A DNA stretch of 64,000 nucleotides from Piedraia hortae CBS 480.64 (taxonomy: Eukaryota). The first letter of the stretch is position 1. Every line of letters begins with the position of its first letter. Below the pieces are notes generated by a model. The model was given only the letters and a program-made list of their open reading frames with translations. It was not told where the DNA came from and did not search any database. Where the stretch lies: positions 62,001 to 126,000 of the forward strand of contig MU005998.1 of NCBI GenBank assembly GCA_010093745.1, given 5' to 3'. Shown here piece after piece: positions 48,684 through 60,754 of the stretch. The translations under genes were made by a program, and so were the position numbers.

Positions 48684-50299
48684 GTCTCGACAGTTTGGTT
48701 GCAGGAGTTTGTTGTTCTTTAGAAAATGAGGTCATTTAGCGTCATTAGGGTGTCATCGGACCGGGCCGGGCCTTATTCTGATCACCAATGAAATGTGCAT
48801 GAGATTGCCACCTAAGCAATCTGATTGACATTTTACCTGTCAAGTGTCATGACAAAAAAAAAAACGACAAAACTTGCAAGGTGAAGAGGACTTGAAAACC
48901 CTCAGCTTTGCCTAATGGCCGCCTCCAACGAAAGCATTGTGCAGTACAACGACGGGCCGTACCGACCCGCAGTGTTTGTCCACACAATTTGCTTTAAGAT
49001 ATTTCAATTGCCAAAAAACTCGTCACCATCTCACACTTTACATCACCGAAATTATGATTGTTCGCCATAGTAAGCCTCAATCAATTTGACCCTCGATGCC
49101 CCAGCTCGATGCTGTAATGCGTGCGGAGCAGTGTTGCTAGTCGATATACATTGAATTTTAGGGTTCAGTCATTTGCCTATTGTCAATAGTACTGGAAACA
49201 GCTTAGAAAAAACTGATAACCTCCAAGTTGACTCATGACCAATTCACGAAGACGAAAGTTTCTCTGACATGTCTTGCCCCTCCAAGGATAACAAATCCTA
49301 TCATCACGCCTGACTACATTCAAATGCAAGGTTAGCAGTAGTTTTGCGTCTAGGCCTCACGTTTGAGAAGTAAAAATTATCAATCAAAGCGTCGTGATTG
49401 ATAAGATCGCTTCATTGTTCTGCTTGGTTGGCTATGTGGTCTTCTGTGCCTCCCACGCACCAGGTCATTCTCGATGCGTTACTGCCATATATATGACACT
49501 AGCGGAGACGAGAATGATTATTCGCTCCCACCCAAATCTCGAGAGACATTCACCACCATTATTCAACACTCAGACGCTTAATCTATCCTTTTAGCACCGG
49601 AAGAGCTCGCAATCTACTCCAGTTGAACGCTTTATCGGCTCGACACCTTCCAGAGGAGGCATACCGGGAAATTATTGAGGTGTGCAATACTTGGCGAGAA
49701 ATAAGCTCTGATCATGAAGCATTTTACAACTCTCAGCCAAGTCCCTTCACCCACAACGCAATATGGTTCTACGACACAAGACTCATTTCTGACAGTTTGA
49801 ACATATTCACGCTGCGAGTAGGTTTGCTTTCCTGGTATACCGGCTGTGTTTCGCGGTACACAAGCGTAACTCCCATCTAGAATTGTCGCCTAAGTCCAAA
49901 TGGTAGAGACCTACACCTCTTCTCTGCCTTCACTTTTCCTTTCCAGGACTGCTCTGTTCTTTCGGCGGAGATATCTGCACACATGCTCGTGCGATTTCTC
50001 AAGCATGCATTTGGCGGTTTGCGATACAGAAAACACCAGACTCAAATTTCAAGTAGTTGAAAAGTTGTCGGGGATTGAGGAAGACTCTCACTGGACGGGG
50101 TTAGTCTGGAATTGTCGCTTGATGGGGTGTCTAACTTGTACATTACTAAAAGCGCGCCTTGTGCTCGTGCAGACTTTTGTAAACTGCAAGAGTGCAGTCG
50201 GGAGAACATAAACTTGGAGAAGACCATCTGGTTTGTTGCTTAAACATTCTGCGGACTTTAGGCTGCCAAGACTTCAATTTGGGTCACATTCTGCATGAC

Positions 50300-50820
50300 T
50301 TCATAAAGCTATGCGGACCAAGTAAGCCTCACGGTGGAAGGCCTTTCCGAACGTGACAAGGCAACCCAGTGGGTGTTTTACAACATCGATGATCTGGAAG
50401 ATGCTATCGGGAAAAATCTTCATATCATTATTAGCCACTCTTTAGCGCCTGAAGATGGACTCAAGCTGTGGGCGGATCAGTCATCTTGCCTATATTGATG
50501 ACATCAACTTTCCAAGATCGTTCCACTATAGTGGCAGTTTCCATCCGCCTTCATTACAGGAATCAACGGAAAGAGCAAAGCTGCAATTCTTTGCTTCAAA
50601 AACAACAATGAGACGGACATCGGCGGGAAGCCTTTGGACAAACTATATGGCGAGTAAATCATGTTACCTTCCCTCGACACCAATAAGACGAAATCATAAT
50701 ATTCCCTGCCGCTCGGCTGCGATTTAGAGCGGAGCATCATGATTCCCAACCAAAAGCCGCTGTTAGAAATATCGCCCGATGAGGCAGTTACCTCGATAAG
50801 AACCATGAAGAAAGCTCTGA
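50300..50820 (+). mobile_element. Degenerate non-LTR (LINE/Tad1-like) reverse transcriptase relic
   Basis: QGNPVG (cf. PQGSP), LAYIDDIN at about 50491, and F.ASKT. Many stops. Confidence 0.55.
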
Positions 50821-51699
50821 ATTGGATTTACAATCAAAACTTCGCACCAATCCAATCCACTCATGCAGTACTTCTCCGGGCCACAAACACCCTGAAGGCC
50901 AACCGGGAGATGATAGGACTCCTAAAACTTCGCCTACGATCGTGGAAACTTCAAAGAGGGCACGTCATACCTCCTTTGGGAAGACTGCAGAGGTATCGGA
51001 AAACCATTCCTAGATCTGAGGTCGTTCATCGTGAGTCCCGAAACTTCAGCCAAAGCGCCATCTCTCAGGTCCTACCCCATTAAGACCGTCCGACAGTGCG
51101 ATATTCGCCACGCGCAAGGTCTAGCATCGCCCGCCACCGTGAAATGGACATAAAGCACTGTACCGTGGCATGCTTCGGTGTTGAGGACGGGTGAAGAGTC
51201 TTTGTATTGCATCGTACTGGCGGGAATTTTCAATGAGCCTATTTCTCACCAGCTACTGGATGCCCGAATACGATGTCGCCGAGGATTGCCGCTAACATGT
51301 TGTTCGAAACGAGCCAACGAAAATATCGATTGTCCAGATATTGATTCCATAGGGTTCGTAGATGGATTGAGACAGATGATTGGGAAGGCACGCGCTAGTC
51401 GGAGTTTGTTTGGCAGTGCCATTTGGTGAGTCATCAGACTGGAAGTTGAGTAGTCAAGACTTTGTGGAATAAGATGTTGGGAGGCTTTTTGAATGGGAGA
51501 ATTTGTGTAGGACAGTTGTGTAAGGGAATAAAATCGCACGAGGGTATCAACAATCTCGCCCAGCTCACTGTCTATGAACTGGTACAAAGATCCTCTAGAC
51601 TAAGATAACGACGATTCTGTACGTATTATTTGCTCCGTATAAACAGAACAACCTGTGTAACCTCAGTAAATTGATATTTTCTACTCACCACATCCTGCC

Positions 51700-52300
51700 A
51701 TGTATTTGTTGTTGCTGCTCTGTACAGGTGTAATCATCAATGAAGGTGAGGTAGTACGGTGAGCCGCTGATCGATGGGATTACGAATTTTCCTGACAGAG
51801 GCCGCATGAATGACTTCAGATGGCCTTGTGGACCTCCCGTAGGGTAGCGACTTGGGCTTGTGAAGAGTGGCCTTCGTTGTGAAACAGGAATCATAGAGAA
51901 AATATTTGGGCATTGGGCGGTACAAGGGCTCCACCTGGAGAGAGCGTGGTGGGTGGATTACTATGTACTCCCTGAACTTGCACAAGGAACCTGTCAGAAG
52001 GATGTGGCACCCACCATGACCAGAACCTTAGCTAGAAGTCGAAACTTCTCAGGGTCTTTACCTCTATAGAGGAAGTTTTCCCTGAGACGGGTCATTGTCT
52101 CGTTCATGCTTAAGGGCATGGTTGGCTGGCGTTGTCCTGGAGAATATGGTTAGACCGAGGTAGTGTGGAGAAGGTTTCGAACCTCACCTCACATAGAGAT
52201 AGACATCTACATCCTCCACCTTCTGGTCAGTTGGATGCACACATTTATCTTTGATCTATGTTCCGCTTTAGTCCTCCGAGGTTTACCCCTCCGACAAAAC
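51700..52300 (-). mobile_element. Degenerate Ty1/Copia GAG-pre-integrase/integrase relic
   Basis: SC.TTKA..RSTRPSEVIH, then frameshifted LSGKFVIPSISGSPYYLTFIDDYT. Confidence 0.75.
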
Positions 52301-52429
52301 CCGCCCTGGCTCTATCTACCCCATACAGTGTGACATCAACCCCGTCCTCTGTGAGAGAGACATGTTGCCAGTCCCCATAAGCTCACTTGAGTGCGGATTT
52401 GTGGCCAGCTGAGGAGACGAGTTGATTTG

Positions 52430-52657
52430 TGTTATGGTGCTCAGAGGAAAAGGTTCAATAAGTCCCAACAACGAGGACAATCCAGACTCCTATCTACTGG
52501 GAAGCTAGGATGCTATAAACCAATCCAGAAGCGCCGTTCATTCGTGCGTGGTAGCGAGCGTAGCTATGAATAACTAGCAGGGCGCGTCGGTGTATCAAAT
52601 TCCCTGTGCGCTTAGGCGGCGCGGTTCGTCCCGCGCACACACAGCCTCGCCGTAGCA
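52430..52657. mobile_element. Solo LTR, family A copy 2 (228 bp)
   Basis: TGTTATGG...CCGTAGCA ends with a near-TSD ATTTG/AGTTG. Collinear with 4787-5014. Confidence 0.85.
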
Positions 52658-52699
52658 AGTTGATAGCTTAAAGAATCATGCACTGACCCAAAGTTTTGG

Positions 52700-53030
52700 G
52701 AACGATGGAAGCAAGCAGTCGTTTCCAGCACAGCTTGTATAACTTTGCACAAAACTCCAAACGCCAGATCCGGGATCTCTTTCGCAACAGGTTTGATGTC
52801 TGGTTTGTTGAGGACACCCTTTGTGGTGGCGATCACGACCTCGCGGAGTCCAGTTTAATGGATCTGGTGTGCTGTTGTAGACGAATGAAATAGCCTCGGC
52901 GAAGCTATTGTGGCTCCAGATCCATCTTGCGTCATCGCGAAACTCCCAGATGGCGGCCTTTTCCAGGTAAGGGTACTGGTACTTGACCGCGACTGCGAAT
53001 AACTTGGCGTGCATAAGCAGCCAGAATCTC
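52700..53030 (-). pseudogene. Truncated, frameshifted fungal BTB/POZ-associated helical domain fragment
   Basis: LLMHAKLFAVAVKYQYPYLEKAAIWEF..FAEAISFVYNSTPD, then frameshifted LREVV..EIPDLAF. Confidence 0.6.
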
Positions 53031-53379
53031 AGAAGATCGACTGCCGGCTGGGGGTGACGAGCACATAGCTTACAATAGGCTTTCCCCGTGAGGTGATGAG
53101 ATCGGAAGACGAGGGGCGAGCCAGGGCTTGAACGGGAGGATTGGCGGCAGTGGGGTGAAAGACGGGGCACGGAGTGGGCGGCAGAGATACTGAACGGTCA
53201 TCGCGATTGTTCGAGGAGGGTTGGGCCTTGTTGCGCTTTTGCGGCAGGCGAACCCAGGATCCATTACGTACCCCCGTATTTCTTGTTGGATTGTTGAGTA
53301 CTGGCGTCGACATTCAAGCAATGGCGCACCAAGGCCGCATCGTCTTTTCTGGGTGGTTTGTTAGGCTGAAATTTACAAT

Positions 53380-53660
53380 CTAGATTATAGCAAAGCACAC
53401 TGTCCGGGGCACCCGCGTAGTCAGAACTCTGTAGCGTCTGCTCCAGCTCACTCAGGTATTCATGGAACGGGGGGTCTCCCTGTTCCATCTTTTTCAACCT
53501 GCGATTGGCCATTGGGCCTCGTGTAGGGTCATCGAAGTAATCCTTCATTTTGTTAATGAACTTAGGCAGAGTCCAGCGGCCGGCGATCCGCTCCCATAGT
53601 CTCACGCCAGCGCATAATGATATGCAGGAGGCTTGGATTATAAATTCCTTCAACCCCAAA
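53380..53660 (-). mobile_element. Ty3/Gypsy retrotransposon Gag fragment
   Basis: WTLPKFINKMKDYFDDP...ANRRLKKMEQG..FHEYLSELE matches the Retrotrans_gag pattern. Confidence 0.7.
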
Positions 53661-53817
53661 ATGGGTTGCTCTGCGACCATGCACAATTTTGGCGGGGTAG
53701 GAAGTTTTTCGGACAAGTGAGGTCGTTGGCGTGAAACTTAGCTCCGGGACGGGCCGCACCTAGCTTGCTTCTTTGACCACGTAACCAACAAAGAGGAACT
53801 CGAGTTGACCCTCAGAC

Positions 53818-54627
53818 ATGGACGCCAACAACACGACAAACTCCACTGGCGACCCATTTGAATCTGCACAATCGCGAAAAAGTATCTGGATTGGACTACT
53901 CTGGCCAGCACTTTATCTCACCATCCTCATTGGCAGCCTTTACGCCTTTTCGTCCCTTCATCGCAAACGACAGCTGGCCAAAAGCACCCGGCTAGAGCCA
54001 TGGTTTCCACCTCACAGACAACGCGATATCTACCTCAGTTTGTTGCACCAAGAAGCAGATGGTACCGATGAGAAGCAAGCGCAGCGGGCGCCCGATTCGG
54101 TTCTCGCCGCAGCGTTGCTGCAGCGAGCCTTTGAAGACATCAAGCGCATTGTACAGCTACGAACAAGCAAGCAGGCCCTACAAATGCTGCTGCAACGAGG
54201 TTCGGTGGGGGAAGAATTATGGCAACGATACCAGCATGCTGAGCAGGAGATGGAAGCCGAACTCAAAGACGTAATTGAAGAGGTAGGCACACCGAACACC
54301 TTGATCGAATGGCGCTAACAGGACCAGGCCAATGGGATAGCACCTAATTGGGGTAACTTTATATTCCAATCTGCAAACGAGATGAACCAGAACAGATTGC
54401 TGCGGGAGCGCATTGAAGACGCTCAGCGGCCACTGGAGAATGAGCGCCAATGGTGGGCAAACAAGAAGTCTGGGATGGCTGCCGAATTGATGCGGGAGCT
54501 GGATGAAGATGGCAACTCGTCAGAGGCCAAGAAGGCTACGACTAGCGATGACGATGCGGTGCTGGTGGAGTCAGGAGGCCCGACACAAGCACAGGGCTCT
54601 GGGAAGAAGAAGAAGGGTAAGAAATGA
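53818..54627 (+). CDS. SEC66: Sec62/63 complex subunit Sec66 (Sec71), 1 intron
   Basis: TM P..YL.ILIGSL..FSSL.RKR, LEPWFPPH.QRDIYLSLLH, LL.RGSVG.ELWQR and spliced EEANGIAPNWG..IFQSANEM. Confidence 0.93.
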
Positions 54628-54840
54628 TCACATAACAGCGGCAACACGGTAGCGGTATGTTACATTCTGCAACCCGCTCAACGAACAGGAAGTTTTTGAG
54701 GCCCCACGTGGCCCAATCGGGCATGGTGTTCGCTAGGATAGCCACGTGATGTCAGACTTAAGCCGACAATGACTCGGTCGATGGCGCCATATGACCGGGA
54801 TCGCCACATTTATATTCCACTTCTTCGCTAAACCTCTTCA

Positions 54841-56298
54841 ATGCACTTTGACGAGCTTCCTCCAGAAATTTGGTCTGATATCCTCCGCCGTGCGGCCCTG
54901 CTGAATGCCGCCGAGGGGCCTCACTTTACTTACGGACTTTCACAGGCACAATTGCCTCTGGAGCAACCGTCCCACCAGCCCAAGCCCGTCAAGTACGTGC
55001 GTGGGCCTGTGAGCGCTGAGCAGCTGCGGTGGGATGCTACGGCATCGATCCGTCAGGTGTCGTCGCGCTGGCACCATTGGGCGCTGGCCTACAATCTCGA
55101 GCATATTTTCGAGCGGCGTTGGCAGGGTTCGGAGCGGTGGGCTAATCTTTCGTTCAATCGTCACTCTTATGGTCTCTATGAGCTAATTGATAGGCCTTCA
55201 GGCTCCTATGTGTATCGTGACCCGTTTGGCTCTCTGACACTAACCGATACCTTTTTCCAACGGTTTCCCACCACTGCCAAGTTTGTGCGACGTTTGTGGT
55301 TCAACGGGTTTTATGCGGCAAAGACTGATGGATTGATCTTGTCCATTGTTGCCAATTGCCCTTGTTTGGAGTCCTTAACGATACCTTGGACCGTACTGCG
55401 GCGAGCTTCGGTCGATCAATGGCTTGATCTTTTGAAGCACAACTCCCTTCGCGGAGCACCGTTGCGGTCTTTGGAGCTACAGGCCGTCTGCCTGCCTAGT
55501 GATCAAGCTGCTGCGCTCTACAAGCACACTTCTCCGAGCGCGTTGGAAGATGACCGCGTCAGCTTTGCCAGCCTCAAACGGCTCAAGTTCTTTGGCAACA
55601 CTGTCCACAAGCCCGTGACTGACCGGGATCTCTACCTCATTGCTCAAACAGCAACAAACCTCGATTGCCTCGACATCACGAATCTATCAACCGTCTCAGT
55701 AGCTGGCATGCTCGCGCTTGTCAAGGCCTCGCATGACACTCTCCAGGTGCTCGAGCACTCTCCACGATCAGACGATGGCTTCTTCCATCCGTTCCCCGGG
55801 CATCTTGAGAATGGGGAACATATCTGCGAACTCCTCACTAGCCTCCCTTGCATGCGTGATCTTTCCATCAGCATTCCGCACGTTTGCGCCAGTCTATTTT
55901 CGGAAGAGGACGTGCAATGGGCTGGCGATCTACAAGTTCGAGCCGCTGGTCTCTGCGGAATCGCTTCCTCTGGCGATGGCGAAGTACGCGCTAAAGCCCT
56001 AGCAACCATATTGTCCAAGTCACGCCAGCTGATAAAAGCCCGCCAACGTCTCCGCAAGGAACTCCACGTCGAGCTCTTCTTCGCAGGATGCATCTTCAAA
56101 CCAGAAGACAGTCTTGTGCATGGAGATTTTACGACTGCAGAAGCCCTTTCACATGGGAATTGGCCCGCTGCAAAGCAGAATAGCACTCTCGGGCCGTACG
56201 GACAGACGGGAACGTATGGAAAGGAGGAAAATTCATGGATAGCGGTGTCGGAGACGGAGTTTTTGCGTGGGGTCGTAAATGGATGGGTGGAGTCATGA
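54841..56298 (+). CDS. Conserved hypothetical protein, F-box-like N-terminus plus RNI/LRR-like region
   Basis: 485-aa intronless ORF with an F-box-like start F.ELP.EI..IL and LxxL repeats (LRSLEL, LKRLKF, LDCLDITN). Confidence 0.8.
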   Translation: MHFDELPPEIWSDILRRAALLNAAEGPHFTYGLSQAQLPLEQPSHQPKPVKYVRGPVSAEQLRWDATASIRQVSSRWHHWALAYNLEHIFERRWQGSERWANLSFNRHSYGLYELIDRPSGSYVYRDPFGSLTLTDTFFQRFPTTAKFVRRLWFNGFYAAKTDGLILSIVANCPCLESLTIPWTVLRRASVDQWLDLLKHNSLRGAPLRSLELQAVCLPSDQAAALYKHTSPSALEDDRVSFASLKRLKFFGNTVHKPVTDRDLYLIAQTATNLDCLDITNLSTVSVAGMLALVKASHDTLQVLEHSPRSDDGFFHPFPGHLENGEHICELLTSLPCMRDLSISIPHVCASLFSEEDVQWAGDLQVRAAGLCGIASSGDGEVRAKALATILSKSRQLIKARQRLRKELHVELFFAGCIFKPEDSLVHGDFTTAEALSHGNWPAAKQNSTLGPYGQTGTYGKEENSWIAVSETEFLRGVVNGWVES

Positions 56299-56527
56299 TA
56301 TAACTACTTGAATGAGACGTTGAGGCAAGGCCTTGAGCCAGTCCAGGATAGCCTGTCGTTTTCTGTAGCGTGCGAGTATTTTGACTATAAATAATGGTCC
56401 ATCTCTGAGCCACGAGGCACGAAGATGTGTCAGCTCCTTCCTGGTTCTGCCGTCTCTTCTGGACCAGACAACTCTGGTGCTTCTTGTCTCCCCCTTCTGA
56501 ATAAGAACGCCTTACTCCGTATACACA

Positions 56528-57523
56528 TCATCCAGGACTCTCATCTCTGTCGCAATCTTCGTCCATCTCAAAATCCAAGAACGCGACGGAAGCCAATGCA
56601 TCTTTTCTGTCGTCGTATCTCTCCAGCGCGCGATGCAGGTCCCAGCCTGCATGTTCCAGGAAACACCTGCAGTAGGCGTCGGTTAGCCTCGTCAGCCTCG
56701 CAAACTCTTGGAGCATCTCATTTCTCGTGTCAAACAGCAACTCTCCGTTGATCATCTCTAGTCTAGGCAACCAACTCATTAGCGCCATGTTAGCACAATG
56801 TCGCTCCTCCCTCTGCATGATGGGATTTTTGTTCAAGTTCAGCTTGACCAAATTCGGCGCGCAGGTCTGCAGCTCCTTTAACGCCGAAACCCTCGTGAAG
56901 GCGTTCAAGGACAGATCCAGGTTGACAAGGGCGGGGAGTGCATGGAGCATGGGCGCCACCTCCTTCAGGTTCGCCAAGCTGTTCTGCGCAAGCCAAACGC
57001 TCTTGACGTCCTCGAGCGGCAGCGTGCGCAGCACGGCCTGCACCGTCGCAGACAGGATACTCTCGTTTCTCGACAATTCAATAAACTGGAATCCATGGAT
57101 CTTGTTAAGCGCGCTGAGATTCAGCATGCGTGCTTTAGGCGAGTAACATCTTCGTATCAGCTCATCGATCCCTGCCGGCTTCGACTCCTCGTTCTCTCTT
57201 TCCTCCTTCTTCACCGACACCACCCCTCCCGTCTCCGATAAATCTCCTCCATTCGGCGAGTACGGTTGCACGCTAATGAAAGCGTTTGCGAACTTGTACC
57301 CGTCTATGCGCGAGAAAGCGCGCTCGTCCCGTGATGAGATGGTCACGACAAGCTTTCCCAGTCCTATCACACGCGAATCATCAATCACGGCCCCATTCGT
57401 CTTCTTCGAAAGCCATCCCAGCAACGCACTTAGCCCACCATCGGCTTCTTTGGCCACTCTGCTGATTTCCCATCCCGTCACTAGCATACTCACCCGTTGC
57501 GGGACCCACGGACGCTTGGACAT
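56528..57523 (-). CDS. Divergent MEX67/NXF1-like protein B: RRM-like, LRR, TAP-C; no NTF2-like domain; intronless
   Basis: RRM-like VTGWE.S....DGGLSALLGWL.KK..IDGYKFA. LRR RCYS..RMLNLSAL..VKSVWLAQNSL..LPALVNLDLSLN..LNKNPI..LPRLEMINGE joined directly to TAP-C NEMLQEFARLTRL...YCRCFLEHAGWDLHRAL..AF. Confidence 0.88.
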   Translation of the reverse strand: MSKRPWVPQRVSMLVTGWEISRVAKEADGGLSALLGWLSKKTNGAVIDDSRVIGLGKLVVTISSRDERAFSRIDGYKFANAFISVQPYSPNGGDLSETGGVVSVKKEERENEESKPAGIDELIRRCYSPKARMLNLSALNKIHGFQFIELSRNESILSATVQAVLRTLPLEDVKSVWLAQNSLANLKEVAPMLHALPALVNLDLSLNAFTRVSALKELQTCAPNLVKLNLNKNPIMQREERHCANMALMSWLPRLEMINGELLFDTRNEMLQEFARLTRLTDAYCRCFLEHAGWDLHRALERYDDRKDALASVAFLDFEMDEDCDRDESPG

Positions 57524-59479
57524 TGTATCTTCTTGCCCCTTGTGTCATGAGAATTTTTTTCTTTTGACTTGATAGACGCTGATGGTTAGTTCTTCCTGGA
57601 CTACGTGGCCTACTCTTTATTTCTTCTCGAACCTCTTGCATACGGGGGCTTAGTCATGCATTGCCCGGTGGCTTCGGATCCTTCCGACTCGCCTTTTGCG
57701 CCACCTCTTTTGTATGCATCTTCTGGATGACTTGTATGACCATGAGGGCGACATAGTTTTTGCGCATGGGTCATTACTAACGAAAAGATATTTGTTCCAT
57801 ACCTTTCCTCGAGGCAGCTGTGCCCTCCCAAACCCCTGGACTGTCATGCGAGGCGGGGCAGTGCAGAATAGATGTGGCGTGTTTGTTCCAAAAGCGACAT
57901 GGCGCATCTGGAAATTTGCTGCGCCCGTTGGGAAGAGCGCTGCAGGCGGGGCGGGCGGGGTTGTCACCCGTGATTTTAATCTCCGCTTTTCAGTTGCACT
58001 GCCACCGGAAAAACGGTAAGAAATGGGCGCAGTAAGAGATTGCGTTCAGGCACCGCATGAATTGTCCATCTGACACATGAACATCAGCCTTGCGGTGGCG
58101 AGCATCAGGGATCCGTACTGTCGGGGCTGACGTTTCGGCAAGCATCTAGACGCCACTCATCCGCGTGCTCGGTGCACCCTCCAACAGGCAGTGAGGCTGC
58201 CGAGGCGTTACCATAAGAGCTGCTGGGTCTTTCACCATCATTGGCCGCGACTCTCTGGCCGCGAGGTATACATATCTCACTTTGGCACAACTTCTTTCAT
58301 GGTAGAAGAGGAATACAATAGACTTCAAGGCATGATGTTAAAGAATGACGAGGCCATCCTGGTTGAATGCTCGGTCTATGTTGGATCCACTGCTTATCTG
58401 CCATCTTTCCTCATTCGATCGTTGGTCCGGATTTTCGAGTCCTGATAGGAGCAGCACGGTTAACCAAGAGCCAAAACAAACCTCACAGGCGACCTGATGA
58501 GCGGGTCAGATAAGCTGATACGTATCGACACTCGGTAGCTGGGATACTTAGAACAACGGGCTGCGAGCCAGTGAAGCTGTTGGGCTGCCACTTTGAGCTA
58601 AGTGCAATGCTCAAGATGATGCTGATACCGTGTCATAAATTGGCGCCTAAAAATATGGTGGCTACTTCTGACTTCTTAGACTGGAGGGAAGGCCGATCAT
58701 AGAGGCAATGACTCGCTTATGCATGCTCACTCCATACCGAACCTTCGATCGCCCCACTTCAAAAATGTAAACAGAGGTTTACTCCCTTGGGGTCGACGTA
58801 CCAAGCGAATTAACTGACCAATTGGCCTTTTGTGACGCTTCATTGGGTGAGAGATCGATCAGTTTTTACGGTTCGTATTCCTTCCAGTTATCTTCACGAA
58901 AGAAGTCAATAAAGGCCGTCCATACCACCGCAATCTTGGCGTGCTCACGGCTCGAGAGACATTTCCCGAAACAGCCATCTCTCGGAGAGTCCTTCAGTAT
59001 GAATTTAGGCCTGGCAAGGTGCACGACAAGAACATGGCTAGCTCTTCACGAATAACATACACAACGGAATCCAAGCGTACATCCATCGGAAGACTTCCGG
59101 AACTGTACAGAGCCACAAACGAAGCCCACCCTCCGCAGACTTCCATTAGTACTGCCTGGAGAACACCATCGTCACTCTTTGAACGCCCCCTCCCCTACCC
59201 CCCCTCCCCTTCCTATCAGCTCTTTTGACCCTAAGATGTCGCGTACTTTGGCCCACTTAATCACTACTATGGTGGCAAGGTCGACCGCTTGCCACCTCAT
59301 GCACGACAATCGCTCGATTCCCTGGGCAAGTAGCTCAAAAGACATCCAAGAGTAAGATGAGCACTTTTTTCAAATGCTAGAACCTCCGTCCTACTGAAAA
59401 GTCCCTTGGCTTTAAGAGATCTACCAACAGTAAGTTCAAGCGAGTCCTGAAACGATTCAGTATGTTCGACTGCAACAAA

Positions 59480-60120
59480 CGGCACACTCCCATGGATCTA
59501 AACAGTCGACCAGAGCCTCAGGCTAGTCTCTGGCAGAACTATTACACGACTGTATCTGCAGTCGATCGGGTCGTTGAACTATCGGGCCACCGAGGCGTGT
59601 CCTGACCTGGCCTACACAATTGCCCGACTAGCTGCTTTCAACTCCAAACCTGATCAAAAGCACATGGTACTGATAGACCAAACGCCACGGTACCTCAGTG
59701 TCACTGTCAGCTACCGTCTCAGTTACTCAACCAGAAGCTCCTCTCTCAAGCCCGTGCCTTCTCCGGCTCGCCTCGACTATCAGACGGCGGATCACGATTG
59801 TACGGAGACAATGTCGTACTAGGTGGCGATGCTGTTGCCTCCTGACACAGCCGTCGACAAAACGATGTGGCCCAAACTACTTGCGGGACCGAGTACATGA
59901 CTGCCTCTCTTATTAGCTCGGGCATAGAATTTACCCTACAGTCAACCGAATTTAGGAGCTGGCTTGCGCGAAAGGGCACAGAGTTCCAGCCCTCAATTAC
60001 GTATTCTTAGGCACTAAATGGAGCGGCAGCAAGAACTGGAGATATGATTGTCACTAAGGCGCGTGCAATGCTTAGAGATGCAGCTTTTCCAGGTTATAAA
60101 ATCCGGCCACAGGCGGGCTA
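59480..60120 (+). mobile_element. Degenerate Ty1/Copia RT/RNase H and integrase fragments
   Basis: YLQSIGSLNY..PDLAYTIARLA.F..P..H..RYL and VAQTT..TEY, then G.EF..F.SWL..G.EF..S..NGAA.R..ARAML. Confidence 0.75.
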
Positions 60121-60754
60121 AACTTCATCTGTCCAAGAGAGCCAAAGAATGCAAGGGAGGGTAAGGGTGTTGAATATAGTCGAATCACATTCCATGTGAG
60201 TACAGTCGGTGCTGACCGGAAAGCAAAGACACCTTCCCAGCCTCGCTCGTCTTTAGCGACTCTCGCGTCGGCGGAGGAATGATCAGCTACGAGTACGTTT
60301 TGTTTCCGGATAGGGAATGCGTCACCACTAAGTAAGACAGCATAGGCTTCTGCTCGGTGGTATCCGAAGTTGATGCTGTTGGAGCCTGGAGGAGCCTGGA
60401 TCGAGCTATCCTAATCGTCTACCAGGAAAAGTTATGAGTATGCCTGGATAGTACAATCACCATCTGATGCCTTCGGGCAGATGCGCCCGTCTCTTCACAT
60501 TGGTCTTTTCACAAGTTTCACCAGAAGGCCAAGCTCTACGAGTTGTAGTGAAAGCGGTGCGCTGAATGATAAAAAAAGATGTAGGAACCGTAGATTGCAA
60601 TCTGGGGGGCTATCCACCTATATAGGGAAGCCCGGAAGAACAGACAAACTTTGTCTCTGTTTCTCTGTCAAACAAGCAAAGAGTAGACACCTTGCATCGC
60701 CACGACATCATTCCTGCCAGACCTGACGGCATCCGGGGCAGTCCCTATAATCTT

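Noticed and set aside
52145..52195. Pol III A/B-box-like sequence (TGGTTAGACCGAGG...GGTTTCGAACC) suggesting a tRNA or SINE
   Set aside because: No cloverleaf can be drawn and the box spacing is too short.
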